From: Octopus sinensis
Lineage: Eukaryota
NCBI RefSeq assembly: GCF_006345805.1
Contig: NC_043018.1
Location: forward strand, 10,788,001-10,852,000
Length of the DNA: 64,000 bases
Direction of reading: 5' to 3'
Part shown: positions 48,927 through 60,785 of the stretch, one piece after another
Layout: every line of letters starts with the position of its first letter
How positions within the stretch are numbered: position 1 is the first letter of the stretch
Notes under the pieces: generated by a model
The model's input: only the letters and a program-made list of their open reading frames with translations
What the model was told of the DNA's origin: nothing
Database searches by the model: none
Made by a program: the position numbers and the translations under genes

Positions 48927-49301
48927 ATAGGAGTGGCTGTGTGGTAAGTAGCTTGCTTACCAAACACATGGTTCCAGGTTCATTCCCACTGCGTGGCACC
49001 TTAGGCAAGTGTCTTCTACTATAGCCTCGGGTCGACCAAAGCCTTGTGAGTGGATTTGGTAGACGGAAACTGAAAGAGGACCGTCGTATATGTGTATATA
49101 TATATATGAGACGCCATGATTGATCGTTAGCCACTACACACATTTTTTTTCTCTCCTTGTTTTTTTTCTGTGTATCTTTCTGTCGAAGAGCGTAGGCTCG
49201 AAACGTAAAAGACTTTTTCTATTCCTGAGCGCTATACTAATACATCTGTTTGTTTTGTACACCACCTGTCTTCGTCTTTTGTTTTTTTCCGTAAACTTTC
49301 C

Positions 49302-49333
<32 letters not shown>

Positions 49334-49510
49334 TTGTTTGTCCCCCAAACATCGCTTGTTGGTGTGTTTACGTCCCCGTAACTTAGCGGTTCGGCAAAAG
49401 AGACCGATAGAATAAGTACTAGGCTTGCAAAATCGATTTGCTCGACTAAAGGCGGTGCCACAGCATGGCCACAGTCAAATGACTGAAAGAAGTAGAAAAA
49501 GTAAAAGAAC
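48927..49510 (+). mobile_element. SINE-B split at its internal microsatellite by a family-D insertion
   Basis: 5' half 48927-49100, family D 49108-49302, (TG)n and 3' half to about 49510. Confidence 0.85.
49108..49302 (+). repeat. Repeat family D (~195 bp) with a hammerhead-like motif at 49175-49212
   Basis: tcttt-ctgtcga-a-gagc-gtag-gctc-gaaac-gta-aaaga, flanked by (TA)n on both sides. Confidence 0.85.
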
Positions 49511-50461
49511 GAAAGAAAATTAACATTTACAATGGAATTTTACGATACACATCAAACCTTAACGCTAAACCATAATGATAAACCTTAACCTTAACTCTTA
49601 GCCCTCACCCTAGACCTTAACTATAATCCTAATCTAAACGGTAACCCTGAAACTAATTTCACAGTGGTATCCATTACTTGTTATGGTAACGTACATATAT
49701 ATACTCGGTAAACCGTGACTAAACGAGGTGTAATATTTTTTCAAGATAACAATGATAAAAATGAACGATCAGATATGTTAGGTCACTGCCATCACATCTT
49801 AAGTAGTTATTTAGCAATTATATGCTTCAAGTAGTAATGTGTGTGTGTGTGTGTGTATTAATTTGTACTTAAAGCAGATATGCTGATTGCTAAACTGCAG
49901 TATTCGTCTGTAAATAGCATCTGATATAGACGCATAGAGTTATAGAAGACGAAGATATATCAGAAGTAGACGGAAATCGTCCAGCAGCAGAGGTGGCGTT
50001 GCTAAATACGTATTTCTGCATCTTTGGGCTTCGTCAGTAGCAGTCATCCACTTGCATCCATATACTAAGATAAAATAAGACGCTACTTATATCGCAAAAC
50101 AATGACTGAAAAATCACTGATGACGCAACTAGCTGGCAGACTGAATAAAAATTCGTTATGTGCGACAGACGCAGCATTAGTTCGAAATAGCAATCTGAGT
50201 ATGATACTTAAAATAGATACATCGTTGGAAGCTTGGTAAACTGTGCAGTCCGCCTCGCCGGCTAAATGTGATATCAGTGATTTGCCTTCCAGCAAACTCG
50301 TGATGGTCGTAGTCGCGTATCAATTGCGTGTGGAGAAAGAATATATCTGGTTGGTTAAAATTGTAAAAATAAATTCAATCGTTAAAGTTTCTGAACTTCG
50401 TCTTCTTATTATTCCCAAACTTTTTCGGGTTGTTGCCCCCTTGACATCCAACCCATATTGG

Positions 50462-51110
50462 TGACACAAGATCAAAGCTTACTTACCAAAAAACTACCAA
50501 TCTATCGTTCTTCAAAACGGTTCTGATTCTAAATGCAGATTATGCGACACATTTAACGAAACAATAGACCATCTCGTCTCGGGATGTTCTGTGCTGACAC
50601 CAAACAAATGCAAAAATCGCCACGATAGGGTAGGATAGTATTTACATTGGAACATATGTAAATACTACAAAATCTACACTCCTGCTTACTGGTATGAAAC
50701 ATCAACTTGAGCTAATCGTTGAAGGTAAAAATGTCATTTTCCCCTGGGATTTTCCAGTCAACATTGACAGAACGATCCAGGCTAATCGACCAGACATAAT
50801 TATTAAAGATAGGGAAGAAAATACTTGTAGACTAATAGATGTAAGTGTTCCTATTGATAAAAGTATATCTGTAAAGGAATTTGACAAACTAATTAAATAT
50901 AACGACCTGGAAATTGAAATACAAAAGATGTGGCATCTTAAAGCGAGAACTGTTCCTGTTATTGTAGGTGTCCTTGGTATGATAAAAAAGGGATGTCAGA
51001 AACGTCTAGATAGCATCTCAGGAGAACCATATCTCAGAGAAATCCAGAAGGTTGTTGCTGACAAGTACTGCCCACATCCTTAGAAAAAACCCTATCCATT
51101 TAGATGTCTG
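50462..51110 (+). mobile_element. Second R4/Dong-like family, 5'-truncated and decayed
   Basis: QDQSLLT..KCRLCDTFNETIDHLVSGC..RHDRVG*, then WDFPVNIDRTIQANRPDIIIKD...LIDVSVP...VPVIVGVLGMI (ORF 50694..51083). Confidence 0.85.
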
Positions 51111-51920
51111 TGTTGTATCACATGAAGATATTTCGCTACTGCCCCTGCCACTCCCCCCCAAGCCTTCAGTCAAAATGTAACAGCTCTTATCCTTCACTCG
51201 CCCCAGGACGCTGAGTGTGTCTCGGCGAGTGCTAACGATTCTGTCATGATAATAATAATAATCTTTTCTACTATAGGCACAAGGCCTGGATTTTTGTGGA
51301 GAGGCGGACAATGTATGTATGCATTACCATACCTCATCTCATCGAACCTAACCTGTTTCTCTCTCCTGCTCCCCTTTTCCACCTGGAACCGGGTGGAACA
51401 CAACACTAAGTGCGGTTTTCATGGTAACAATCTGTTAATGCCCCGCTGTCTGTTGATTGGCTAAAATTACCCAAATTTCTCAATTTTAATTCCAAATAAC
51501 ACCAGATTCTTTAATTTACGAGTTAAAGTAATTGGATGATCGTAATTAAAATTCAGAATTGCATCGATACACCAAAATTCAAAGCAATCTGAGTAAAATT
51601 AAATTGAAAAGATTAGATCCGTAGCTTCTGCTTCAGAACGTAGCGACGGGTGAAATACATCTAAGAATTTTGCCCGGTGTGCTAACGATTCTGGCAGCTC
51701 GGACTTAATTTCTTAAAAGCCTAGTACTATTCTCTTTTGCTGCTAAGTTACGTGGACGTAAATATACCAACACCGGTTGTCAAGCGGTGATGAGATACAA
51801 ACACACGCAAAGACACGCACACATACACACACAACGGGCTTCTTTCAGTTTCCGTCTACTTGGCTTTGTTCGGCCCGAGGCTATTGTAGAAGACACCTAG
51901 CCAAGAGAAGTTACGAATGG

Positions 51921-52168
51921 AGTGTTCGCAGCAGCTGTCCATGCGTTTTGTTGTTGAGGGAGAGTGTGAGTGTGAGCGTGCGTGAGTATTTGTGTGCGTG
52001 AGCATAAATGTGCGTGAGTGTGTGTGAGTGTGTAGAGGCCATAACATCGCTTTCTTCTCTTCTCTTCTCATCAACAACGGTAGCAAATAATTTAACAACG
52101 TCACTGATGGCTGAGAGAACTTCTATGTGGTCCGTCGATGTGCTAGAAATAACAGTCAAATCTTCTCA
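51921..52168 (+). repeat. ~250-bp segment duplicated at 53067-53316
   Basis: gtgttcgcagcagctgtccatg...ggctgagagaacttctatgtggtccgtcgatgtgctagaaataacagtc is present twice. Confidence 0.85.
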
Positions 52169-52579
52169 CTTAGGTTTGTTCGGCCCGAGGCTATAGTAGA
52201 AGACACCTACCCAAGATGTCACGCAGTGGGACAGAACCCGGAACCATGTGGTGAAGATGCACAAACACATACACATATATACATAAATATGACGGGCTTC
52301 TTTCAGTTTCCGTCTACCAAATCCACTCACAAGACTTTGGTCGGCCTGAGGCTATAGTAGAAGACACTTGCCCAGGCTACCACGTAGTGGGACTGAACCC
52401 CGAACCATGTGGTCGGTAAGCAAGCTACTTACCACACAGCCACGCCTGCGTTTATGATATGTGGACGGCAAAACTGATTCAATATCAAATGTGAGTGAGT
52501 GTAGCAACTGACCCAAAAGGAATACAAAAGTTTGTTCACTGGAACAAATATCGATATCTTTAGAGACAGACAGGCCCAG

Positions 52580-52985
52580 GAGTGGTTGTGTGGTAAGTAG
52601 CTTGCTTACCGACCACATGGTCCAGAGTTCAGTCCCACTGCGTGGCACCTTGGGCAAATGTCTTCAGCTATAGCCTCAGGCCGACCAAAGTCTTGTGAGT
52701 GGATTTGGTAGACGGAAACTGAAAGAAGCCCGTCGTATATATGTATATATATATATATGTGTGTGTGTGTGTTTGTGTGTCTGTGTTTGTCTTCCCAACA
52801 TCGCTTGACAACCGATGCTGGTGTGTTTACGTCCCCGTAACTTAGCGGTTCGACAAAAGAGACCGATAGAATAAGTACTAGGCTTACAAAAGAATAAGTC
52901 CTGGGGTCGATTTGCTCGACTAAAGGTGGTGCTCCAGCATGGCCACAGTCAAATGACTGAAACAAGTAAAGGAGTAAAAGACAGA
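52580..52985 (+). mobile_element. SINE-B, full length
   Basis: Matches the consensus from head to tail. Confidence 0.9.
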
Positions 52986-53316
52986 CAGACAGACAGAGAG
53001 TTTGTATGGTGTGTGTGTGTGTGTGGTTAAGCAACGAACGATGACAGGTGAGAAATTATGAATGTCAGTGTTCGCAGCAGCTGTCCATGGCTTTTGTTGT
53101 TGAGGTAGAGTGTGAGTGTGAGCGTGCGTGAGTGTAAGTGTGCGTGAGTGTAAGTGTGCGTGAGCGTGTGTGTATAAGTGCGTAGAGGCCATAACATCGC
53201 TTTCTTCTCTCCTCGTCAACAACGCTAGAAGCAAATCATTTAACAACGCCACTGATGGCTGAGAGAACTTCTATGTGGTCCGTCGATGTGCTAGAAATAA
53301 CAGTCACATCTCTCTT

Positions 53317-53722
53317 GGATCTTTTCGGTTTGAACGGCAGTTTTTTCTAGCGGTGTCATATGAAATTGACACCCATAATTATGACCCTAGTATCGATCTA
53401 TTGCATTTCAATTTGTTTTAGGGTGGGGGGGGAGGGTATCTTTTTTTCATCAGAAATGTAAATAAACCCAATCTGTTTCTTAAACGAGGGACATATTCAT
53501 ACGGCACAGAATGCTTTTTACCTCAATAAACGTCATTGATTGGTTGAAATTGCAGAAATTGAAGAAAAAAAACAACAAATATCTTATAAACTATAGAATT
53601 TTCTCAATAAAGCCAAGAGAAAAAGATCTTTTATAAACACATTCTACCAGTATACGAAGTTTTAAAGTGTTTAGTTACGTGGAAATTATTTTAAAAAACT
53701 GCCGTTCAAACCGAAAAGATCC
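53317..53722 (+). mobile_element. MITE-G (no TSD; start of a local duplication)
   Basis: Both TIRs present. The right flank is shared with the copy at 57291. Confidence 0.9.
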
Positions 53723-54761
53723 AAAATTTCTTATCTTTATACGCATTCAGCTCGAATATTATGCAAACATGATTTTATTTATATACATACATGAATACAC
53801 ACGATCGCACGCACACCGACACACACATATGTACATGTATGTAATTTAAAACGTTTTGGTTATTATTGGGCCCAGGTCATGTCTAACTTCAATAACACCA
53901 CATGGCCTACTCATGTATGCCATGTTTGAGGACACTAATGTAGGAAGCTATTTGCCGAGATGTATTCGGTTGCCGTTCAAACCGAAACGATCCGAGATAT
54001 ATATATGCACATTGCAAGCAAACATATAAACAGTTGAAGCCGCTTATTTTAATCAAGGTTATCAAATTTAGTCAGTCCAAAACACCATATCTTGTGTCAC
54101 TCGGATAGTGTCACCTAAATGGCTCCGCCTCAAACTACATCACACTCGAATTCGTGAGTATGTGTGTATGTGCGCACGTGCGCGTGTATGTTTATAAAGT
54201 ATATGAGTTGTTCGACAGTAAAGCTACAATTCTCTTTTTTTATTGTATAAGTCCATGTCCCTTGGCTACTGGAGATTATGTTGGGCATTTGTCACGCTGA
54301 TGAAGACTATTGAACCCGAAACACCTATGCCACGGCTGTCCTCCAATCTCCAGACAAATAGTCTGTCTTTTATTTAATGGAATGTCAACTTTGGAGGATT
54401 CTTGAATTTTGAGATTATCTCCCCTTCTCAAGTGGACCTCATCTTAATCCCCATTTGGTAATTATGGTACATTATCTTGAGGCGGAGATAATTTTGATAA
54501 CCCAATAATCTATGCTGTAGGGTACTTGATAAACCTGTATTTGTCTGTCTTGTATATAAATTAGATTACATAATGGTAGATCGGTTTTAATGAGATTCTT
54601 CTCGAACGAAATCTGGCTACGTCCGTAATAAGGTAGGAACAGGTTCTACAGTAAGGTTAACCAAACGCTGTTGTTATTGATCAGAGGCTGTAGTTGATTA
54701 GAGGCTACCTTTGATCAGAAACTGCAGTTGGTAGAGGCTGTTGATGACGTACGTATGTATG

Positions 54762-55190
54762 TATGTATGTCGGGTCGTCGGCGACTAAACCGGCAACCCC
54801 ACCAGCTCGCTTGGTGAGGAGGGTATTTATTGGTCACCCTGCGGGATGAAAAACAAAACCCGTCAAAGGCGGAGGAACTCTTGAGAGTCAACGGCCATCC
54901 AATAATTGTCTTAAGGCTGTATCATGCGCGGGAACATAGAAATAATCGGACTGAATACCTGATCGTGTGGTTAAACCATTGGGAGTGAAGGACTCCTAGC
55001 CTTTGTTAGGGCATCCTTCTAGGAGAAGGTAACTCAGGTAACTGGGATGACTCCGACATAAAATCTGCGGCTCAGTGGTTACCGATGATGTTGACTTGTT
55101 CTTCTTTTCGGATTATGGCTGCTGTTGCTTAGTGAGTGGGATTGACTCAATGCACAGCCTTTCCTCACTTTAAAAAAAAATCTTCTTGCA
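54762..55190 (+). mobile_element. Possible RTE-type LINE 5' UTR
   Basis: The motif gggcatccttctaggagaaggtaactc and the GC-richer structured leader resemble, from memory, RTE 5' UTRs. No ORF follows. Confidence 0.3.
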
Positions 55191-55283
55191 CAGGTATTGC
55201 ACGATAACAACATTGATTAAGCTTCGTGCAATGGCCATACTCGATAACGAGGGGGCAGGCACCATGTATGTATGTATGTATGT

Positions 55284-55719
55284 GCATATTTGTATGTTTT
55301 TTTTTATGTACGCTCATGCATAGAGTTACATATCTAGACACGATCATATATATGTAAATGATAAACTTCTGGTAAGTTTTACAGATTTTTACAATTCCAG
55401 TGATGGATCTGTAGCCTTCGAATTAGCTTTTTCCTTTCTGGTTTTGAGAAGCCTAATTTCTCAAGATTGGCATTTAGGCAGTGTGTTACATATCACAGGG
55501 CCCCAATAATTACAGGTATAAACCTGAACTTGCAATCTGGATAGAGTAACTGCAGATTTCTCAATAGTTCAGCATAAGTGCTCTCTTTTACACTGATCTT
55601 CAGCTTTATGTTAACATCCGCTGGGCAGCTAATATCAATAACTGTGCACAGTATCTCTTCTCTATCCCAAATCATTATATCAGGTCTATTGTGCTTACAT
55701 TTTATTGAGTTCTTCACTG
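55284..55719 (-). mobile_element. 5'-truncated copy of the first R4/Dong-like family
   Basis: Near-identical to 23295-23740 (KCKHNRPDIMIWDREE...IPVIIG and the 3' UTR). (CATA)n lies on both sides. Confidence 0.9.
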
Positions 55720-56110
55720 TATGTATGTGCGTATGTATGTTTTGTCATACCTCATCTCATCGAACCTAACCTGTTCCTCTCGGCTGCTCCTCTTTCCATG
55801 GTTCACCACTTGACCCCTGTGACACAAACCTCTTCTTGTATCTAACCAACTATTTCCTCTCTGGTTTCACGCGTTGATATTCTTTTGTTACATTAGAAAT
55901 AAATACAAATGAAAAGGCTATTTCCATTTTAGTTTTATACTAGCTTCATTATTTACAGGTTACATATATTATATCATGCTTTTATTACTGAATGGACTCA
56001 GTGGCCATTGACAGGCCATTGATAATAAATAAAGTGTGAATAGTTAAATTTGCCCCGTTTATATGTCTGTTACATATATGTGTTGTGTTGTGTGTGTGTG
56101 TGTATGAATG

Positions 56111-56157
<47 letters not shown>

Positions 56158-56161
<4 letters not shown>

Positions 56162-56347
56162 CCATGATAGATCGTTAGCCACTACAAACATTTTTTTCTC
56201 TCCTTGTTTTTTCTGTGTCCCTTTCTGTAGAAGAGCGTAGGCTCGAAACGTAAAAGACTTTTTCTATTCCTGAGCGTTATACTAATACATCTGTTTGTTT
56301 TGTACACCACCTGTCTTCGTCTTTTGTTGTTTTTCGTAAACTCTCCC
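56158..56347 (+). repeat. Repeat family D with a hammerhead-like motif at 56220-56257
   Basis: cttt-ctgtaga-a-gagc-gtag-gctc-gaaac-gta-aaaga, embedded in (TA)n. Confidence 0.85.
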
Positions 56348-56840
56348 TATATATATATATATATATATATATAATAAAATATTCAAATTAAAATCAGGAA
56401 AATGGAGAAGTACCGTTAATATAAGTTATTAACTGCAAAAGTTCAACATGTTGAATTTTTATAAGCCAAGATTTATATTAACACTATTATTATTTTAGGA
56501 ACATTATTATTCACAACAAAATAATAGATAACAAACCAGTAATTCAATGGATATTTTCTGTTCCTTAAGGCGATAATTTTAACCTCTATCTAAATTTATA
56601 TGGTTAAATAAGAAGAATGGAGAGTTAAAAAGGATGATCCCAATTTTTTGAATTTGCAATTTATATTAGACTGAATTAAAACGTGCGTAGACTTTTATTT
56701 GGCTGTAGTTTTTTTTTTAATCAGTTAGTTGTCATAATAATACTCAGAGTTTCAGATGCCAGGACTAAAAGACATCCTCTTCAGTTATTAAAACAAAAAC
56801 GCTATTTACATAATATCGAGGTCTTATGCGTTCTTTTGTT

Positions 56841-56872
<32 letters not shown>

Positions 56873-56874
56873 AA

Positions 56875-56909
<35 letters not shown>

Positions 56910-57290
56910 ATACATACATACGTACATACATACATACACATCACACACATGTATGTGTGTGTGTATTAAATATAACCGACCTCACATACACAGCTCCGCA
57001 AAAGGTTTGTCTGCCGGTAGGCTGCGCCTAGCGCCTTGTATCCGACATCCTCTCAGCACTAAACCGCAGCCTACAGGCGAACAAACTGTTTCCTGCTCGT
57101 GCATGTGTGGTCGATAATGTTCTTTACACTAGTGTTGTATTTGTACCATGCCATTGCTTGACAACCGGCGCGGGTGTGTTTACGTTCCTGCTATACTGGG
57201 GTCGATTTATTCGACAGAAAAATTTTCAGGGCGGTGCCCCAGCATGCTGCAGGCTAATGACAGAAACAAACAAAAGATACGAAAGATATA

Positions 57291-57708
57291 GGATATTTTC
57301 GGTTTGAACGGCAGTTTTTTCTAGCGGTGTCATATGAAATTGTCACCCATAATTATGACCCTAGTATCGATCTATTGCATTTCAATCTGTTTTAGGGTTA
57401 GGGTTAGGGGTGGGGGAAGGTTATCTTTTTTCTTCAGAAACGTAAATAAACCCAATCTGTTTCTTAAACGAGGGACATTTTTCATACGGCAGAGAATGTT
57501 TTTTACCTCAATAGACGTCGTTGATTGGTTGAAATTGCAGAAATTGAAGAAAAAAAAACAACAAATATCTTACAAACGATAGAATTTTCTCAATAAAGCC
57601 AAGAGAAAAATATGTTTTATAAACACATTCTACCAGTATACGAAGTTTAAAATTTTTTAGTTACGTGGAAATTATTTTAAAAAATTGCCGCTCAAACCGA
57701 AAAGATCC
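57291..57708 (+). mobile_element. MITE-G (no TSD; start of the duplicated block)
   Basis: The right flank aaaatttcttatc... matches that of the 53317 copy. Confidence 0.9.
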
Positions 57709-58325
57709 AAAATTTCTTATCCTTATACGCATTCAGCTTGAATATTATGCAAACATGATTTTATTTATATACATACATGAATACACACGCACGCACACCG
57801 ACACACACATATATACATGTATGTAACTTAGAAACGTTTTGGTCATTATTGAGCCCAGGTCATGTCTAACTTTAATAACACCACATGGCCTACTCACCAC
57901 ATGTTTGAGGACACTCATGTAGGAAGCTATTTGCCGAGATGTATTCGGTTGCCGTTCAAACCGAAAAGATAAGAGATATATATATGCACATTGCATGCAA
58001 ACATATAAGCAGTGGAAGCCGCTTATTTTAATCAAGGTTATCAAATTTAGTCAGTCCAAAACACCATATCTTGTATCACTCGGATAGTGTCACCTAAATG
58101 GCTCCGCCTCAAACTACATCACACTCGAATTTGTATGTGAGTATGTGCGCGCGTGCGCGTGTTTGTTTATAAAGTATATGAGTTGTTCGGCAGTCAATCT
58201 TCTCTATAACATCCATTTCCCTCTCTCACTCTGTTATCTCCTCTCACTTCACCTTTCTCTGCCTGTTTCACACCAACTCTCACTGAAACTCCCCCCCCTC
58301 TCTCTCTCTCTCACACACACATTTT

Positions 58326-58731
58326 GGATCTTTTCGGTTTGAACGGCATTTTTTAACATAATTTCTAGGTAACTAAAAAATTTTAAACTTCGTATACTGG
58401 TAGAATGTGTTTATAAAACATCTTTTTCTCTTGGCTTTATTGAGAAAATTCTATAGTTTGTAAGATATTTGTTGTTGTTTTTCTTCAATTTCTGCAATTT
58501 CAACCAATCAATGACGTCTATTGAGTTAAAAAAGATTCAGTGCCGTATGAATATGTCCCTCGTTTAAGAAACAGATTGGGTTTATTTACATTTGTGAAGA
58601 AAAAAAAGATACCCTTCCCCCTAACTCTAACCCTAAAACAGATTGAAATGCAATAGATATGGTCATAATTATGGGTGACAATTTCATATGGCACCGCTAG
58701 AAAAAAACTGCCGTTCAAACCGAAAACATCC
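58326..58731 (-). mobile_element. MITE-G
   Basis: Both TIRs. TSD cacatttt / tacatttt (7 of 8 match). Confidence 0.9.
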
Positions 58732-59194
58732 TACATTTTCTTTCTCTTTTTCTTTCTCACCTCCTCTCCAACCGTCTATCTCTCTCTATCCTATCATCAT
58801 TCATCACTCACTCTCCTGCATCACCATCACTCACTTACCGACTCTAACACCCCCCCCCCTCCTTGACACATTTACCAAGTTTTATTTTTAAAAAAGTACA
58901 TCACTGCTTTCCTAAGAATTAAGTATTTTGTTTATTTTTACGCATTTACGCATTTAAATGCTTGATTAAAAATGATAAGAATCAACAAAAAAAAAAAACA
59001 TGGCCTCTTTTTTGTTCTAAGTTTCTGCGTTACCAGAAATTACTAGGATGGAGCAGCAGAATGGCTGCAAACTTGTGCTTTTAGGCAACGGTTCCCAACA
59101 TTTTTTGTGCTACGAACCGGTCTCAAGCAAGAAAATTTTGCCACTGACCGGGGTACCACACACATAAAAAAAAGAAAAAAAATACTATACAGTG

Positions 59195-59555
59195 CATTGC
59201 GTGGCATCTTGGGCAAGTGTCTTCTACTATAGCCCCGGGCCGACCAATGCCTTGTGAGTGGATTTGGTAGACGGAAACTGAAAGAAGCCCGTCGTATATA
59301 TGTATATATATATATATACATATGTGTGTGTATGTGTGTGTGTGTGTATGTTTGTGTGTCTGTGTTTGTTCCCCTAGCATTGCTTGACAACCGATGCTGG
59401 TGTGTTTATGTCCCCGTTACTTAGCGGTTCGGCAAAAGAGACCGATAGAATAAGTACTGGGCTTACAAAAGAATAAGTCCCGGGGTCGAGTTGCTCGATT
59501 AAAGGCGGTGCTCCAGCATGGTCGCAGTCAAATGACTGAAACAAGTAAAAAGAGT
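59195..59555 (+). mobile_element. SINE-B (5'-truncated)
   Basis: Matches the consensus from gcgtggcatcttgggcaag to the tail. Confidence 0.88.
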
Positions 59556-59679
59556 ATATAGTACATACATAGATGCAGGCGCAGCTGTGTGGTAAGTAGC
59601 TTCCTTCTCAACCACATTGTTCTAGATTCAGTCCCACTGTGTAACACCTTGGGCAAGTGTCTTCCACTATAGTCCCGGG

Positions 59680-60208
59680 CACCAAATGTTTTTTTCCCAC
59701 GAGTGTTCCGGACCCCAGTAATGAACTCATTTGCATACAGCCAATCAGAGCTCACCTTTAATATCCATATACTGTTCACTACTACAGTACAACCAGTCAG
59801 GCATAGAATGGTGTATGCCACGCTGTGAGTACAGCGTAGCAGGTCTCATATAAACACCACGTTTCCCCCACCCCATCCTCAGTTGAGTACCATCTCTATA
59901 TGGAGGTAACATTAGGTACCTATGCTCTGACTGACATTAGTGATACTGCATGTACCCATTGATATATGCAAAGAGGGCGCAATACGACACAACGCCATAT
60001 TACTCTTTTACTTGTTTCAGTCATTTGACTGCGGCCATGCTGGGGCACCGCCTTTAATCGAGCAAATCGACCCCGGAACTTATTCTTTTGTAAGCCCAGT
60101 ACTTATTCTATCGGTCTCTTTTTGCCGAACCGCTAAGTAACGGGGACATAAACACACCAGCATCGGTTGTCAAGCAATGCTAGGGGGACAAACACAGAGA
60201 CACACACA

Positions 60209-60283
<75 letters not shown>

Positions 60284-60785
60284 TACGACGGGCTTCTTTC
60301 AGTTTCCGTCTACCAAATCCACTCACAAGGCTTTGGTCGGCCCGAGGCTATAGTAGAAGACACTTGCCCAAGGTGCCATGCAGTGGGACTGAACCTGGAA
60401 CCATGTGGTTGGTAAGCAAGCTACTTACCACACAGCCACTCCTGCGCCTCAGGAGTTGATTACGATGTTTCCAGATCAACACCATCATTTTAAATTAGGA
60501 ATGTACAAAATCAGTCAAATCATTATGAAACCACTCATTTACATTTTCTAGTAAATTACGCAAATTGTCAACACTTCTGGCATCATCGGTGAGCAGCTCT
60601 CCATTCACTTTATACACTAAATTTCACATTTATCACCCCTATTAACCTGATTAGAACAGTTAAATTTTGCTTTAATGCACATTTTCCGCTGAATCGTGAC
60701 TAGGTGGACACTAGTCAAGCTGACTGGTTGTATGCAAATGAGTTCATAACTGGGGTCCAAAACTCTCGTGGGAGAAAAATTTCGC
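59680..60785. mobile_element. Non-autonomous TIR element (~75-bp imperfect TIRs) inserted in an older SINE-B and itself hosting a younger SINE-B
   Basis: ggaccccagtaatgaactcatttgcatacagccaatcag mirrors ctgactggttgtatgcaaatgagttcataactggggtcc. gtcccggg is repeated on both sides. Host SINE halves are at 59575-59679 and 60786-61100. Confidence 0.75.
60001..60449 (-). mobile_element. SINE-B, full length and close to consensus
   Basis: Reverse complement of the consensus. Confidence 0.92.

Noticed and set aside
51240-51310. (TAA)n after the second R4-like element as a Dong-type target site
   Set aside because: The tract fits better as the (TTA)n end of a minus-strand SINE-A-type tail (ccaggccttgtgcctatagtagaaaagattatt), so it cannot be attributed to the R4-like element.
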